64,000 nucleotides of DNA from Felis catus (taxonomy: Eukaryota), in assembly GCF_018350175.1 (NCBI RefSeq), contig NC_058383.1, positions 30,754,001 through 30,818,000 of the forward strand, in the 5' to 3' direction. The notes beneath the pieces were generated by a model, which saw only the letters and a list, made by a program, of their open reading frames with translations, was not told where the DNA came from and did not search any database. Position 1 is the first letter of the stretch, and each line of letters starts with the position of its first letter. Position numbers and translations under genes: made by a program. Below are positions 27,436 through 41,159 of this stretch, piece after piece.

Positions 27436-28544
27436 AAACCGTAAACATCACTGATGCTTATACCCTCTTGGCAAGAACCTAGAAAGCTCTAGAAGGGGGT
27501 GGAAGAAGAGGCCAAGGAGGTACAGATGAAAAGAAAGGATGGAAACGGTCCCAGATCCCTCCCGCCAGGTTCTCTTCTTCTTAGGTCCAGAGTCCCTGTC
27601 GTGACCGAATGTGGTTGGTGACAGCTGTGAGGCTGATGACCCTCTTAGGACACAACGTGGGTTGCTTGGGCTCCACATCATTTGCTGTGATTGCTCTTAC
27701 GGCACCAGTTGAGGAGAATCTCCATCTAATGCATCGGTTGCCAGGACGGAGTCCGCGTCCACAGAGGGCGGTTAAGACAATTCACTGGGAAGAACAACAA
27801 ATAGAAAAGTTCCACTTCCAAAAATCTCATTCTTTGAAAATGCCTCTTCGGGGGTATGTATTAAAAATAGCACAGTATTTTCGAACACATCTCATCGCTT
27901 CTAAATTTAAGAAACTTTTGCAAGTTCATGCTCAGAAATCTGCAGACCAGTCCTGTGAGCCAGGACATGGGGAAGCAAGCACTGCATCAAAGAGGCTGAC
28001 GTCAGAGCCTTGCTCTTCAAGCTGAGGCCCCTCGTAGCCCCCCTCCCCGCGCTCCTGACCCTCAGACATGGCCCAGGTTCTCACCGAGCCCCCTCCTGAA
28101 ACTTGGATTTCACCATCACAGAGGGGGTGTGTTTGTCTTCCACACCAGTGTTAAAGTGCCCACTTGGCTACTTCAGGGAGTCCAGATGATTTAGCGTAAG
28201 AAACAGAAGCTCACCATCCCGCACCAAGTTTCTCTCTAGGCCTTCATGGGCTTTGCATCCAAAGAGTGCCGTCTGTTTCCCGAACGTGTGTGGTCTTTAC
28301 CTCTGCCTTTCCCTCCCCCACCCCGAGTTTATGGGCAATAATCTGCCTGGAACAAAAACTACAGTCAGATTTCAGTCGTGAAGCACACAGACCTTGGAAG
28401 CAAACTACTTAGAACGAGTAGGATACAGGCAGAGGAGAGGCCTTCCTCTCAAAGACTTGGGTGGTTATTGGCATCTTAACAATATTCGCGCACCTTTCAA
28501 TTGAGAACGAATAAAAGTGCCAGGCACACGGTGAAGTTTGGTGA

Positions 28545-29200
28545 CTTCCCTCCTCATTTACTGTTTCCTTCCATCCAACCGGTGTCGGTTGAGCACCTGT
28601 TGTAGGGGGCTAGGGATGTGGAGAGCGATCACAACTCACTGCCTTGTGAGTGTATATTCTAGTGGGTAAAGGGGAGACTGTAACAAGTAGAACAGTGTGT
28701 CAGCTGATGGTAACTATTATAGAGAAACAAAGGCGTGTGGGGAAGGCGTGCCCTCTTGAAGGCTCATGTAAAATCTTAACCAGGGTGGTTTGGGAAGGGC
28801 TCCCTGGGAGAGTGGCAGTCCAGCAGACTTGAAGGAAGTTGGGGACTGAGCCATTGTGATCCACGGGGTGGACTTAGTCACCTCGGCACTGTGGACGCTC
28901 TGTTGGGGGGGGGGGGACTGTCCTGTGCATCGTAGGATGTGTGGCGACATCCGTGGTCCCTGCTCGCCAGATGACAGCAGCAGATCCCCAGGCGTGGAAG
29001 TCAAAGCTTTTTCTTGACCTTCCCAAACTGTCCGCCAGGATGTCGAGAAGTGCTCTGGGACAGGAGACAGCCATGTGGAGGACAGAGCAGGTGCCAGGGC
29101 AGGAGGGAGGAGGGTTCCTGCTGCGTTCAAGAAACAGCAGGGAAGCCAGTGGGGGTGCAGCCAAGGGAGGCGTGGGGACCAGGGAAGGTCGGAGAGACCT
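28545..29200 (-). mobile_element. L2 remnant interrupted by MER20
   Basis: L2 3'-end-like text (ttgagcacctg...cagcagacttgaaggaag...ggaagccagtggggg). Confidence 0.6.
28865..29060 (-). mobile_element. MER20-like hAT-Charlie DNA transposon fossil
   Basis: cacctcggcactgtggac...gactgtcctgtgcatcgtaggatg...ccagatgacagcagc is the reverse complement of the MER20 core. Confidence 0.75.
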
Positions 29201-29584
29201 CGGACGGCCAGGCCGTTGTACATCACTGTGAATGATGTGCGTGTGGCATATGGGATTGTGTAGTCATGTCTGTTAAGTATACACATTCCGGAGCCTGACT
29301 GCTGGACCACAGGTTACCCATAGGTTCAAGTTCAGTTGATCGTTCGTCTTGAGAGTATGTTTGCCAAGCTGACCTCCTCCAGTAGTGTAGGAGGATCTCA
29401 GCTGTGCCTCATCCTGGCCAACGCTGGGTGTTTCTTCGCTTTGTCACTGGTGGGTTTTGGTGGGTGTGAGTCCTAACTCGTTTCAGTTTTCATCTTTTCC
29501 TGATGTTTGTTAGCCCCTTGGGTATCCTCTTTGGTAAAGTGTCTTTTCAGGTGTTTTGGTCCTTTTCTATGGAGTTGCCTGTAT

Positions 29585-29595
29585 TTTTCTTTTTC

Positions 29596-29651
<56 letters not shown>

Positions 29652-29653
29652 TT

Positions 29654-29705
<52 letters not shown>

Positions 29706-29731
29706 TTTTTTTCTTTTTTTTCTTTCTTTTC

Positions 29732-29806
<75 letters not shown>

Positions 29807-29836
29807 CTCTGTCTCTTTCTCTTTCTTTCTTTCTTT
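29585..29836. repeat. Long compound (TTTC)n tetranucleotide microsatellite
   Basis: Direct reading; ~250 bp purine-free on plus strand except one G. Confidence 0.98.
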
Positions 29837-29919
29837 AGAATTTCTTTATATTCTGGATCTGAGCTTCTAGGGTCTATGAACTGAAAATATCTTCTCCCTC
29901 TCCAGAGGTTTGAAGATTA

Positions 29920-30530
29920 TCTGTATTTTTTTTTCTGTTGCTGCACATAGAATTAGCACAAACTATGGCAGCTTAAACCAGCACGCCTGTATTGGCTCAG
30001 TTGTACATCGGGAGTCTAGCATCGTCTGGCCAGGGTGTCTGCTCAGGGGATCCCACAGCCAAATCACGGTGTCCCATGGGTTGCATTCTCCTCTGGAAGA
30101 TGGCAGGGGGTGAGAATCTCTTTTCTAGCTCCTCCTTGCCACTGGAGTAACTCGGTCCCCTGTTGGCTGTAGGATTGGGGCACCCATTTCCTCGCTGGCT
30201 GTGATTAGGGAGCTGCTTGTGTACCCCTCCCACATGGCCACCACCACCTGCAAAGCCAGTGGATGGTACGTCAAATCCTGCTCATGCTTCAAATTTCTGG
30301 CTTCCTCTGTCCCCCACCTCTAGAGCCAGATGTAAGAGGCTTATCTCATAAGGCCAGACCCACCCGATAATCTCCATTTTTAATTGACTCTAAGTCAACT
30401 AATTAGGAACCATAACTATATCCAAAAATCCCCTTTTGGCTTCATGTAACACGGGAGTGACAGCCCATCATTTCCTAGGTTCTGTCTACTCTAGAAGGTC
30501 ACTGGGGTCTTAGCAGTCTGCCCACCACAT
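29920..30530 (-). mobile_element. MaLR LTR (MLT1E/F-like)
   Basis: ttgctgcacatagaattagcacaaactatggcagcttaaacc...cccacccgataatctccatttttaattgactctaagtcaact...cagtctgcccaccaca. Confidence 0.75.
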
Positions 30531-31170
30531 TACTGAGACTGGTCAGATTGGGGTCAAAGCAACCTTAGCAGAATATACACCAACTGCAAAGGCCCTGAGG
30601 TGTGACTGTGACCCCCCACCCCCACCCCAGGAGGTGAGTGTGGCTACAGGAATGAAGGGAGTGTCTCAGGAGACCAGGCCAGGGGGTTGTCAGGCTGGAT
30701 GTTTCCTGCATTATGCGCTTTAGTTAAGAATTTTGGATTTTACTCTGAGAGAAAAGGAGGGAGCTAACCAGTGACGTTTTCCAATGGATTTTTTTAGGCT
30801 GCTGGGTTGAAAATGATCATCACTGGGTACGGGTGGAAGCAGGGCCGGTTAGGAGGCGAGACCACTAATCTGGGTGGGAGTCCAGGTGGCTTGGAGCAAG
30901 CAGGTAACCAAGGAGATGGTGAGAAGGGAGGTACCTCGGCAGCAACTGCTCCCAACTAGGATACATGAGGCAGGAAAGGCAGGAAGGAGTGAGAGGTGAT
31001 TCCAGCATCTCTGGCCTCTGCTCATCTTGAGGACTCGGGGACAGCGAGTGGGGACAGACCAGGGGTGGAGCCCATCTGAGGGGAAGATCAGAAGCTCTGT
31101 GTGGACGTGTTAAGTTTGCTATGTCAAGGGGCCACCAAGTGGAGTTGCCAAGTGAGCAGATGGAAACACA
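30530..31170 (-). mobile_element. L2 remnant
   Basis: tgcaaaggccctgagg...ttttggattttactctgag...gctgctgggttgaaaatga. Confidence 0.65.
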
Positions 31171-31175
31171 AGCTT

Positions 31176-31362
31176 GGGGGCCCCTGGGCGGCTCAGTTGG
31201 TTGAGCATCCGACTTTGGCTCAGGTCATGGCCTCACGGTTCGTGAGTTCGAGCCCCACCCCGGGCTCACTGATGGCAGCGTGGAGCCCTCTTTGGCTCCT
31301 CTGTCCCCTTCTTTCTGCCCCTCCCCGACTCACCATCTGTCTTTCTCAAACATTCAAAAAAA
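31176..31362 (+). mobile_element. SINEC
   Basis: SINE body flanked by repeat aaacacaagc. Confidence 0.88.
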
Positions 31363-31711
31363 GAAAACACAAGCCTGGCGTTCAGTGGAGTGGGACGGGC
31401 CGTGCACATAAACTGGGGCTGTGTGTCATTCATTCACCTGTGGATTTGTTTGCTTAACAAACATCTGAGTGTGTATGTCCCAGCGGTAGGGATGGAATGG
31501 CGCCTCAAGCCAACATGCCCTCTTAAACCTCGCGGCACCTGATTCAGCGTATAAATGACAGACGTGATCATCTGGACCACTGAGGGGAGAAGGTCTTGAG
31601 GGGCAATGGCATGGGGACCATCTGGCAGGCTGTTGGGGCTGTTCCGTTCGAGGCTGATGGGAACTTGGAAGACAACACTGGCACAGGTGGATGGGTCTGG
31701 ATACCGCCCCC

Positions 31712-32125
31712 CTTTCTCCTTAGGGCTGCTGTAACCGCCACAGACCTGATGGCTTAAAAGAACAAATTCCTTCTCCAACAATTCTGGAAGCTGGAGGCCC
31801 CAAACTGAGGAATCTGCAAAGGCCCCATGCTCCCTCTGAAGGCTCAGGGAAAGAAATTCCTCCCTTGTCCCCCTCCAGCTTCCGGAAGGTGGCTTCTGGC
31901 GGTCCTTGGGGCTCCCTGGCATGGGGCTGCCTCGCTTGGACCTCTGCCTCCGTTTTCTTGTGCCTTCTCTGGGGGTTCTCTTCTCTCAGAAGGACACCAA
32001 CCCATTGGATTTAGACCCCCCCTAGTCCGGTAGGACTTCATCTTCATTATACCTGCAAAGATCTGTTTCCAAATGAGACCACACTCTGAGCCTTGGGTGG
32101 ACCCGGGTTTAAGGAGGATGCTGAT
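31712..32125 (-). mobile_element. MaLR LTR (MLT1C/D-like)
   Basis: agggctgctgtaac...tggcttaaaagaacaaattccttctc...ttctggaagctggaggccc...aggacaccaacccattggatttag. Confidence 0.8.
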
Positions 32126-34129
32126 CAACCCGTATGGCTAGATTTTAGGAGGCCAGAGCTGAAGGGATTTGCTGACGCAGCAAATGCAATAGAAGTCAAG
32201 TGTGAGTCAAATTCTAGCTTGAACAACTGGGGGAAGGCGCCTTTGACCACGCCATGGGACAACTGGAGGAGAAGCGAGGCTGGGGCGGGGGGAGGTGGTC
32301 CCCAGGGTTCTGTTTGGGGCACACTGAGTTTGAGATGGCTCTCAGACATTCCCATGGAAGGCTCTGAATGAGTCAACTGGGGAGTCACGAGAGTGTAGAC
32401 GGTGTCCCAATCACTGGATCAGATCCCCTGGGGAAGAGGCGGCCACCTGACCTCAGGTCTCTAATGCCGGGAGGGAAGAGGAGAAGAGACCCAGCAGAAT
32501 TTGTGAGCCTTCAAATATACAGAAGCAGAAACGCGAGTGAGAGTAACCATAAAGAAAAGGGGCGTGGTGAGACCTTGCAGTTGCCCTGAGGTCAGTCAGA
32601 ATTATGTTCCACGCATTCATGTGCATTGACAAATCAACAATTCATCCAGTTCCTCTAATTCACTTCATGTGGGACCAGGAAACACGTCTGTATTTCCAAG
32701 AACGGAAAAGCTATTCCGTTAGCCTCGGGAAATTTCCAGCCTCGGGTTGACGGAGGTTTTGTGTTCCTCGTCCAGCATCACTAGTCACCCCCTAGCTTCC
32801 CAGGAGAAGTTACTCTGCATCCGACACAGAATGCTCTTGGAACAAAATGCAGGGAGCCGTCTGGAGGAGTGTGGGCATGAAGCTGAATGAGGGCTTATGG
32901 TCCCATATCTCAAGGTCAACTACGTTCTAGCAACGGGGATGCAATGGTGCATAACCCCAGCACAGTCCCTTCCTTCTAGAGCAGTGGTGGCCGCCATTAC
33001 AAGTAAGCAGACTTATTGGTGTCAAAGTACATATATGCTACAGGGTTTATAAGACAACGATGGAGAGGGGGCCGGGAAGTGGGGGAAGGCTTCTCTGGGA
33101 AAGTGATGTTGAAGATACAAAGGAGGAAGGGGCCAGGCAGGAAGAGCGATCCAGGCGGTGGGACTGACCTGTGCAAAGGGACTGGGGTAGGTGAGGGCTT
33201 GGCATACTTGAGTCATGAGAAGAAGAGGAGAAAAATGCACAATTGTGTTTAGACAACTAGGCTGGGGCCAGAGTGTGAACACAGGGAACTGAAGAGGGGT
33301 GCGTGCACCAAGGAGGATTTGTAGGAACAGTGATCACAGGTTCAGAGGGTCCCCTGGATGCCAACATGGCTCTCGAGTTTCCAGGCCCAGGTTTCAGTCC
33401 TGGCCTCACCCCTTGCCATCTGCGCGACCTTGGGCAAGCCCCTAACCTGTCTGATCACAGGGATCTTGCCTGGGAGAGGGGATGTAGAGGTATTTGGAGA
33501 TGAATGTGAGGGGCATAGCATGTGCCTAGCATGGAGAGATTGCTCTGTCCTTGTCACATGGGGCATGGCTGAGTCCTCAGAAAGGAAGGGGCAAGGGCAG
33601 AGGGGGGTTGGTCACCCAGGCCCTAAAACCCAGGGTTCATTAGCTTCTGAGCCCAGCCCCTCCGTCACGTGCATGAGAGCCAGCCAAATCCAAGTGCTGA
33701 ACATCTCTCCTCCCAGTCACCAGCTCTTCAGGCTCTTATCCTGGTGCTCCTGTTCCACCCTAGCCCCACGCAGCCCCTGACCCTGACCCGTTCACCCTCC
33801 CACCTTCTGAAACATCCGAAGAGTATCTGCTGGACACCTGCTCTGTCTAGGTGACTTGCCTACTGAACTTGGCGAGTTTCCAGTCACCTCGGCTGGGTAT
33901 CTGCTCACCTGGAGACTCCTCCCAGTGGCCGCCCCCGTTCTGGCCCCTAAGGCCCTCTCCCCTCCCTACAGGTGGGTGTGGGGTGGAGGGTTGAGGCATC
34001 CCCTGTGACCACATGTGGAAGAAGTCTTTACTCCAAGCCTTGTGATGATGCAAGGATATGTTGAGGACCCCTGCACCTGCACAGGGCCATGCGAGACCTC
34101 GGGGATCAGAGTCCGGCTCCCTCCCCTTG

Positions 34130-34505
34130 TGGCTTAATCTTCCTGGGCTTGATTCGGTTTTTAGGCTGAGGATGCTGAGTCCCACCACACGGGGCTGCTC
34201 AGAGTGTTAAATGGGAAGGCGCAGAGAAAGCCTTTGCTCAGAGCAGGAAACAGACCCTGCCTGCTGGTAAGGCAGGTTACAGCTGGGGTACAGTGATCTC
34301 TGCAATCGGGAAGGCGAGGGCTGGAATCCCCGATGACCCACTCACTAGCTGTGCGACCTTGGGACAGGTGCTCAAACCATCTGAGCCTCATGTGTTCGTC
34401 TGTAAAATGGGAATAATTGCGACTACCTCAGCTATTTTGGGGAGGATTAAATGAAACAGTCCACATTCGATCCTAAGAATGGGGTGTGGCACACGGCACC
34501 CAAAT
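34130..34505. mobile_element. MIR remnants
   Basis: cactagctgtgcgaccttgggacagg...ctgagcctca...tctgtaaaatgggaataat MIR core; similar fragments near 18050, 33400, 35290 and 52600. Confidence 0.7.
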
Positions 34506-35952
34506 ATAGTACAATTACTAGAGTGAACTAGACAAAAAAGCCAAGATCTTTTGAAGCCCTGAAGACCTTGCAGCTGGGGGGACAAAAGAATGGTCAGTTC
34601 AAATCTGCAAGCCGACTTGGTCCTTGTTGAGTTTTCAGCCTCTGGTTGTGCACATGCTGTTCCCTCGTCCTGACTACTCTTCCCCTTGTTTGTGCTAGAT
34701 TAGCTGCTGCTTTTTCCCCTTTAGGCCTCAGCTTAAATACTGCCACCAAAGACCCTTTCCGTGTCCTGGCTTAAATCCTCCCCGTGTCACGTGAGTGTAA
34801 AGCAACCATGCACCTGGGGAGAAATGTGCAGGTTTGGGACCCAGCCGTGTGCTAATCCTGCTTCCTATCCCAGCTGTTCACCCCAGTACCCGGGGGCCAC
34901 CCCACCCAGGGAGCATGGCCTGTGGGCATAGACGCAGCCCTTGGCCTTGGGGTGTTTTTCACCCCCACCCCACCCTGTGCCAATCTCATGTAAATGGTGC
35001 TTGGATGGAGTTGTTCAGGTTCAAGACCAAATAGAATCCCTTTCCCATAACCCCCATTGCCCCTGCAGGGCCCCAGATGTCTTGCAACCTACTGTTCCCT
35101 GACCAGAAGAGCATATGAATAGGGAATAGAAACACATGGGACCTTTAGGAGGACTCCCCTCTAGGAAACGTGGCCACACAGCCTTGGAACAGGTGCCTCT
35201 GGGGGAGAAGGAGTCATGAGGGCCTTCCACCTCGCAGCCTCAGTCTCCCTGATGCAAATATTCTTAGACTCTGCAGCAGTGCCGCTTACTGTGGACTTAA
35301 TCTCCTCGTGCCTCTGTTTGCCCATTGGCGAGATGGGGGTAGTAATGGTGCCTGTCTTGCTGGGGTGTGGTGGGCACTGAATGGTTTACGCAGAGGCTCA
35401 GTGCCCAGCCAGGATCTCACAGGCGTGCAGTGGATGTTGGTGCCCAAAGCCGGTCCTTCCCTCCCCACCGCTGGGATATCTGCTGCCTGTGTTCTCCAGC
35501 GTGTGCCCAGGTCTGGGGAAGGGGTGTTGAGGGAGCTGGTCGGAGATGCACATGGTCAGGCTCAATCAGCCAGCCGGGGTCAGGGTGCTGGGGGCTGGCC
35601 TCAGCATCTGAGAGATGGTAATACCCACTTGAGATGTCCCTCCAGCCCTGAGACCGGGGTGCTGGGGTTTTTGCGCATGATGGATGGGGGACAGGAAGCT
35701 GAGGGCCTGATGCCCAGGACTGAAGGGTGAGACCCCTTGGGGCTGCTGCTGCTTCAAGGGGCCAGGAGCTGGACCCCCACTACTGGCAGAGTCTTCCCTG
35801 TCACAGCCTGGAGTGGCTGGGGTGTGGGTGCCTGACCTGAGGCTCTACAGCTGATCTGTTGCAAACTCCCGTCTTTTTTATTTTAAAGCTCTTTACTTTT
35901 AACATGTGTTTTTACAGTGGTGAAACATAACAAAACTGTATTAGCCACTTTT

Positions 35953-36148
35953 GTTAATGCTTACTTTTTAGGCCAACAGAGTGCAAGTAGGGGAGGGGCA
36001 GAGGGAGGGGGAGACACAGAATCAGAAGCAGGCTCCAGGCTCTGAGCGGTCAGCACAGAGCCTGACCGGGGGCTCGAACTCACGAACCAGGAGATCATGA
36101 CCTGAGCCAAAGTGGGACGCTTAACCGACTGAGCCACCCAGGCGCCCC
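35953..36148 (-). mobile_element. SINEC
   Basis: SINE body; degenerate TSD ttagccacttt / ttaaccacttt. Confidence 0.9.
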
Positions 36149-36149
36149 T

Positions 36150-37690
36150 TAACCACTTTAAAGCATACCGTTCAGTAGTGTTAAATAAACCTGTTAGGTA
36201 AAAGTGTCCCACCCTGCCCTCTCCAAAGGCTCCCCACCCTGCACAAAGTGTCCTCTGTGTTGTTAGAGGACGACTCCCATCCCTTCCCCCCAGCCCGGGG
36301 CAACCCTTGTGCTTCCTGTCTCTGATTTTTGACTACATGTCTCACCGTAGGTACAAGAAGCGCTAGCCAGAGCACTTCTGTTCGTAGGACCATGTTGAAG
36401 ACAAGTGGCGAAATTAGGCACTTTTGTCTTGCTTCTCATCGTAGAGGGAAAGTGGTCAGTCTTTCACCATTAAGTAAATATGAGGGTTACTGTGGATTTC
36501 GCATATATGGCTTTTATTATGTGGAGGCAGTTTCCTTTATTTTCAGTTAATTGAGTTTTTTATGTTTATTTTTGGGAGAGGGCAAGTGGGGGAAGGGCAG
36601 TGAGAGACAGGGACAGAGGATCCAAAGTGGGCTCGGCATTGACAGCAGTGAGCCCGGTGTGGGGCTGGAACTCACAAACTGTGAGATCACGAGCTGAGCC
36701 GAAGCCTCTCAAGGAAATGAGCCACCCAGGCGCTCCGATTGAGTGTTGATATCAAGAAAGGTGTGTTGAATTTTGTCAAACATTTTTTCTGCACCTGTTG
36801 AGATGATCCCGTGGTTTTTTTCCTTTCATTCTGTTGATGTGGCACATTACGTTGATCTGTTTTTATATGCTGAACCATTCCTGCATTCGAGGAATAAATA
36901 CTGTTTGGTCATGGTATATAGTTCTCTTAATATGCTGCTGAATGTTTGCTAGTATTTTCTTGAGAAATTTTACATCAATGTTCACTAGGGATGATGGTCT
37001 GTAGTTTTGTTTTGTTTTGTTTTGTTTTGTTGTATAGTGTCTTTATCTTGGTTTCACGGCAATGCTAGCCTCATAGAATGAGTTAGGAAGTGTTCTCAAT
37101 TTTTGGGAAAAAGATGGAGATTTGGCATTATTCCTTAAAATTTCACCAGAATTCACTAGTGAAGCCATTGGGTACAGACCTTTCCACTGTCAGACTTTTG
37201 GTCACTGATTCAGTCTCCTTACTGGTTATAGGTCTCTACAGATTTTCTATTTGGGGGTTCAGTCTTCGTAGGTTTTTTTTTCTTCCAAGTTTTTACTTAA
37301 ATTCTAGTTAACATACACTGTAACATTAGTTTCAGGGGTAGAATTTAGTGATTCAGGGTATTGTGTTTCTAAGAATTTGTCTGTTACATGTAGGTTATTC
37401 GGCACATGGCATGAAGTTGTTCACAGCACTCTCACTATCCTTTTTATTTCTAAGGAATCCATAATACCATCCCCATTTTCACTTCTGATTTGAGCAATTT
37501 GTGTCCCCCCACCCCCTTAGCTTTGGGTTCAGTTTGTCCTTTTTCTAGTTCCTTAAAGGTGTAAAGTTAGGTTGATTTTAGATTTTATTTTTTAATGTGA
37601 GCATATAGCTATGAATTTCCTCCATAGCACTGGTTTTGCTGCCCCGGAAGTTTAAGTATTTTGTATTTTCATTTGGCTCAAAGTAGGTCT
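36150..37690 (-). mobile_element. Ancient L1M remnant (contains a SINEC at ~36557-36736 and a short L1 tail at ~37273-37355)
   Basis: ORF2-like T-rich text (gtgttgaattttgtcaaac...tgctgaaccattcctgcatt). Confidence 0.75.
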
Positions 37691-40370
37691 TTTTAATATA
37701 ACTTGTCAAATTGGCTAACATACAATGAGTACCGTGTGCTCTTGGTTTTGGGGGTAGATTCCCGTGATTCATCGCTTCCATACAACAGCCAATGCTCATC
37801 CCAACAGGTGCCCTCCTCAATGCCCAACCCCCATTATCCCTCTCCCCCACCCCCATCAACCCTCAGTTTGTTCTGTTTAAGAGTCTCTTATGTTTGCCTC
37901 CCTCCCTCTCTGTAACTTTTTCCCCCCTTCCCCTCCCCCATGGTCTTCTGTTAAGTTTCTCAAGTTCCACCTATGTGTGAAAACATGTATCTGTCTTCCT
38001 TTGACTGACTTATTTCACTCAGCATAATACCTTCCAGTTCCATCCACATTGCTGCAAATGGCATGATTTCATTCTTTCTCATTGCCAAGTAGTATTCCTT
38101 TGTATGTATAAACCACATCTTCTTTATCCATTCATCAGTTGATGGACATTTAGGCTCTTTCCACCATTTGGCTATTGTTGAAAGCATTGCTATAAACATT
38201 GGGGCACATGTGCCCCTAGGCATCAGCACTCCTGTATCCCTTGGGTAAATTCCTAGTAGTGCTATTGATGGGTCACAGGGTAGATCTATTTTTAATTTTT
38301 TGAGGAACCTCCACGCTGTTTTCCAGAGCGGCTGCACCAGTTTGCATTCTCACCAACAGTGCAAGGGGGTTCTCATTTCTCTACATCCTCGCCAGCATCT
38401 ATAGTCTCCTGATTTGCTCATTTTAGCCACTCTGACCTGTGTGAGGAGGTTATCTCAGTGTGGTTTTGATTTGCATTTCCCTGATGATGAGTGATGTTGA
38501 GCATCTTTTCATGTGTCTGTTGGCCATCTAGATGTCTTCTTTGGCGAAGTGGCTACTCATGTCTTATGCCCATTTCTTCACTGGATTATTTGTTTTTTGG
38601 GTGTTGGATTTCCTAAGTTCTTTATAGATTTTGAATACTAACTTTTTATCTGATATGTCATTTGCAAATATCTTTTCCCATACTGTCAGTTGCCTTTTAG
38701 TTTTGTTGGTTGTTTCCTTTGCAGTGCAGAAGCCTTTTATCTTCATGAGGTCCCAATAATTCACTTTTGCTTTTAATTCCCTTGACTTTGGAGACATGAT
38801 GAGCAAGAAATTGCTGCGGCTGAGGTCAAAGAGGTTGTTGCCCATTTTCTCCTCCGGGGTTTTGATGGTTTCCTATCTCACATTTAGGTCTTTCATCCAT
38901 TTTGAGTTTATTTTTGTGTCTGGTGTAAGCAACTGGTCCAGTTTCATTCTTCTGCATGTTGCTGTCCAGATCTCCCACCACCATTTGCTAAAGAGACTTT
39001 TTTCTATTGGATATTCTTTCCTGCTTTGTCAAAGATAAGTTGGCCATACTTTTGTGGGTCTAGTTCTGGGGTTTCTATTCTATTCCATTGGTCTATGTGT
39101 CTGTGTTTGTGCCAATACCATGCTATCTTGATGATGACAGCTTTGTAGTAGAGGCTAAAGTCTGGGATTGTGATGCCTCCTGCTTTGGTTTTCTTCTTTA
39201 ATATTAATTTGGTTATTCGGGGTCTTTTGTGGTTCCATACAAATTTTAGGATTGTTTCTTCTAGCTTTGAGAAGAATGCTGATGGAATTTTGATTGGGAT
39301 TGCATTGAATGTGTAGATTGCTTTGGGGAGTATTGACATTTTAACAATATTTATTCTTCCAATCCATGAACATGGAAAGTTTTTCCATTTTTTTGTGTTT
39401 TCTTCAATTTCCTTCATAAGGTTTCTATAGTTTTCAGCATACAGATCTTTTACATCATTGGTTAGGTTTATTCCTAGGTATTTTATGGTCTTGGTTGCAA
39501 TTGTAAATGGGATAAGTTTCTTTATTTCTCTTTCTGTTGCTTCATTACTGGGTATATAAAAATGCAACCAAATTCTGTACAATGATTTTTACCCCATGAC
39601 TTTGCTGAATTCATGTGTCAGTTCTAGCAGCCTTTTCATGGAATCTTTCAGGTTTTCCATGTAGAGTATCATGTCGTCCATAAAAAGTGAAAGTTTGACT
39701 TCTTCTTTGCCCATTTTGATGCCTTTTATTTCCTTTTGCTACCTGACTGCCGATGCTAGGACTTCCAACACTATGTTAAACAACTGCGGTGAGAGTGGAC
39801 ATCCCTGTCTTGTTCCCATCTCAGGGGGAAAGCTCTCAGTATTTCCCCAGTGAGGATGATATTAGTTGTGGGCTTTTCATATATGGCTTTTATGATGTTT
39901 AAGTACGTTCCTTCTATCCCAACTTTCTTAAGGGTATTTATCAAGAAAGGGTGCCATATTTTGTCAAATGCTTTTTCTGCATCGATTGACAGGATCATAT
40001 GGTTCTTCTCCTTTCTTTTTTAATGTGATGAATCACATTGATCAGTTTGGGAATAACGAACCAGCCCTGCAACCCGGGAATGAATCCCACTCGATCATGG
40101 TGAATAATTCTTTTTATATGTCATTGAATTCGATTTGCTAGTATCTTGTTGAGAATTTTTGCGTCCATGTTCATCAGGGATATTGGCCTGTAGTTCTCCT
40201 TTTTTGTGGGGTCCCTGTCTGGTTTGGGAATCAAAGTAATGCTGGCTTCATAGAATGAGTCCACAAGTTTTCTTTACATATTGGAACAGCATGAGAAGGA
40301 TTGGTATTAACTGGTAGAATTCCCCTGGAAAGCCATCTGACCCAGGACTCTTATTTGTTGGGAGATTTTT

Positions 40371-40567
40371 TTTATTTATTTTTGGGACAGAGAGAGACAG
40401 AGCATGAACGGGGGAGGGGCAGAGAGAGAGGGAGACACAGAATCGGAAACAAGCTCCAGGCTTTGAACCATCAGCCCAGAGCCCGACGCGGGGCTCGAAC
40501 TCCCGGACCGCGAGATCGTGACCTGGCTGAAGTCGGACGCCCAACCGACTGAGCCACCCAGGCGCCC
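40371..40567 (-). mobile_element. Young SINEC_Fc in L1 copy C
   Basis: CpG-rich intact body; TSD ttgttgggagattttt on both sides. Confidence 0.95.
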
Positions 40568-40936
40568 CTTGTTGGGAGATTTTTGATAACGGATTTAATT
40601 TCTTCACTAGTTATGGGTCTGTTCAAATTTTCTATTTCCTCCAGTTTGAGTTTTGGTAGTGTGTGGGTGTTTAGGAATTTGTCCATTTCTTCCAGGTTGT
40701 CCAGTATGTTGGCATAAAATTTTTCATAGTATTCTTTGATAACCATATTTCTGAGGGGTTGTTTGTGATAGGTCCAATTTCATTCTTGATTTTATCTATT
40801 TGGGTCCTCTCTCTTTTTGACAAGTCTGGCTAGGGGTTAATCAATTTTATTTTTCAAAAACCTAGCTCTTAGTTTCATTGATCTGTTTTACTGTTTTTTG
40901 GATTCTATATTGTTTATTTCTGCTCTAATCTTTTAT

Positions 40937-41159
40937 TTTCTTTTTTTTTGAAAAAATTTTTTACATTTATTTATTTTTTGATAGAGACAAAGCACAAGAT
41001 GGCGAGGGGCAGAGAGAGAACGAGACACAGAATCTGAAGCAGGCTGCAGGCTCTGAGCTGTCAGCACAGAGCCTGACGTGGGGCTCGAACTCAGAAACTG
41101 CGAGATCATGACCTGAGCCAAAGTGAGAGGCTCAACTGACTGAGCCACCCGGACGCCCC
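40937..41159 (-). mobile_element. SINEC in L1 copy C
   Basis: TSD tctgctctaatcttt at 40919 and 41160. Confidence 0.93.

Noticed and set aside
29503..29884. FLSF-repeat membrane-like ORFs
   Set aside because: Translation artefact of the (TTTC)n microsatellite
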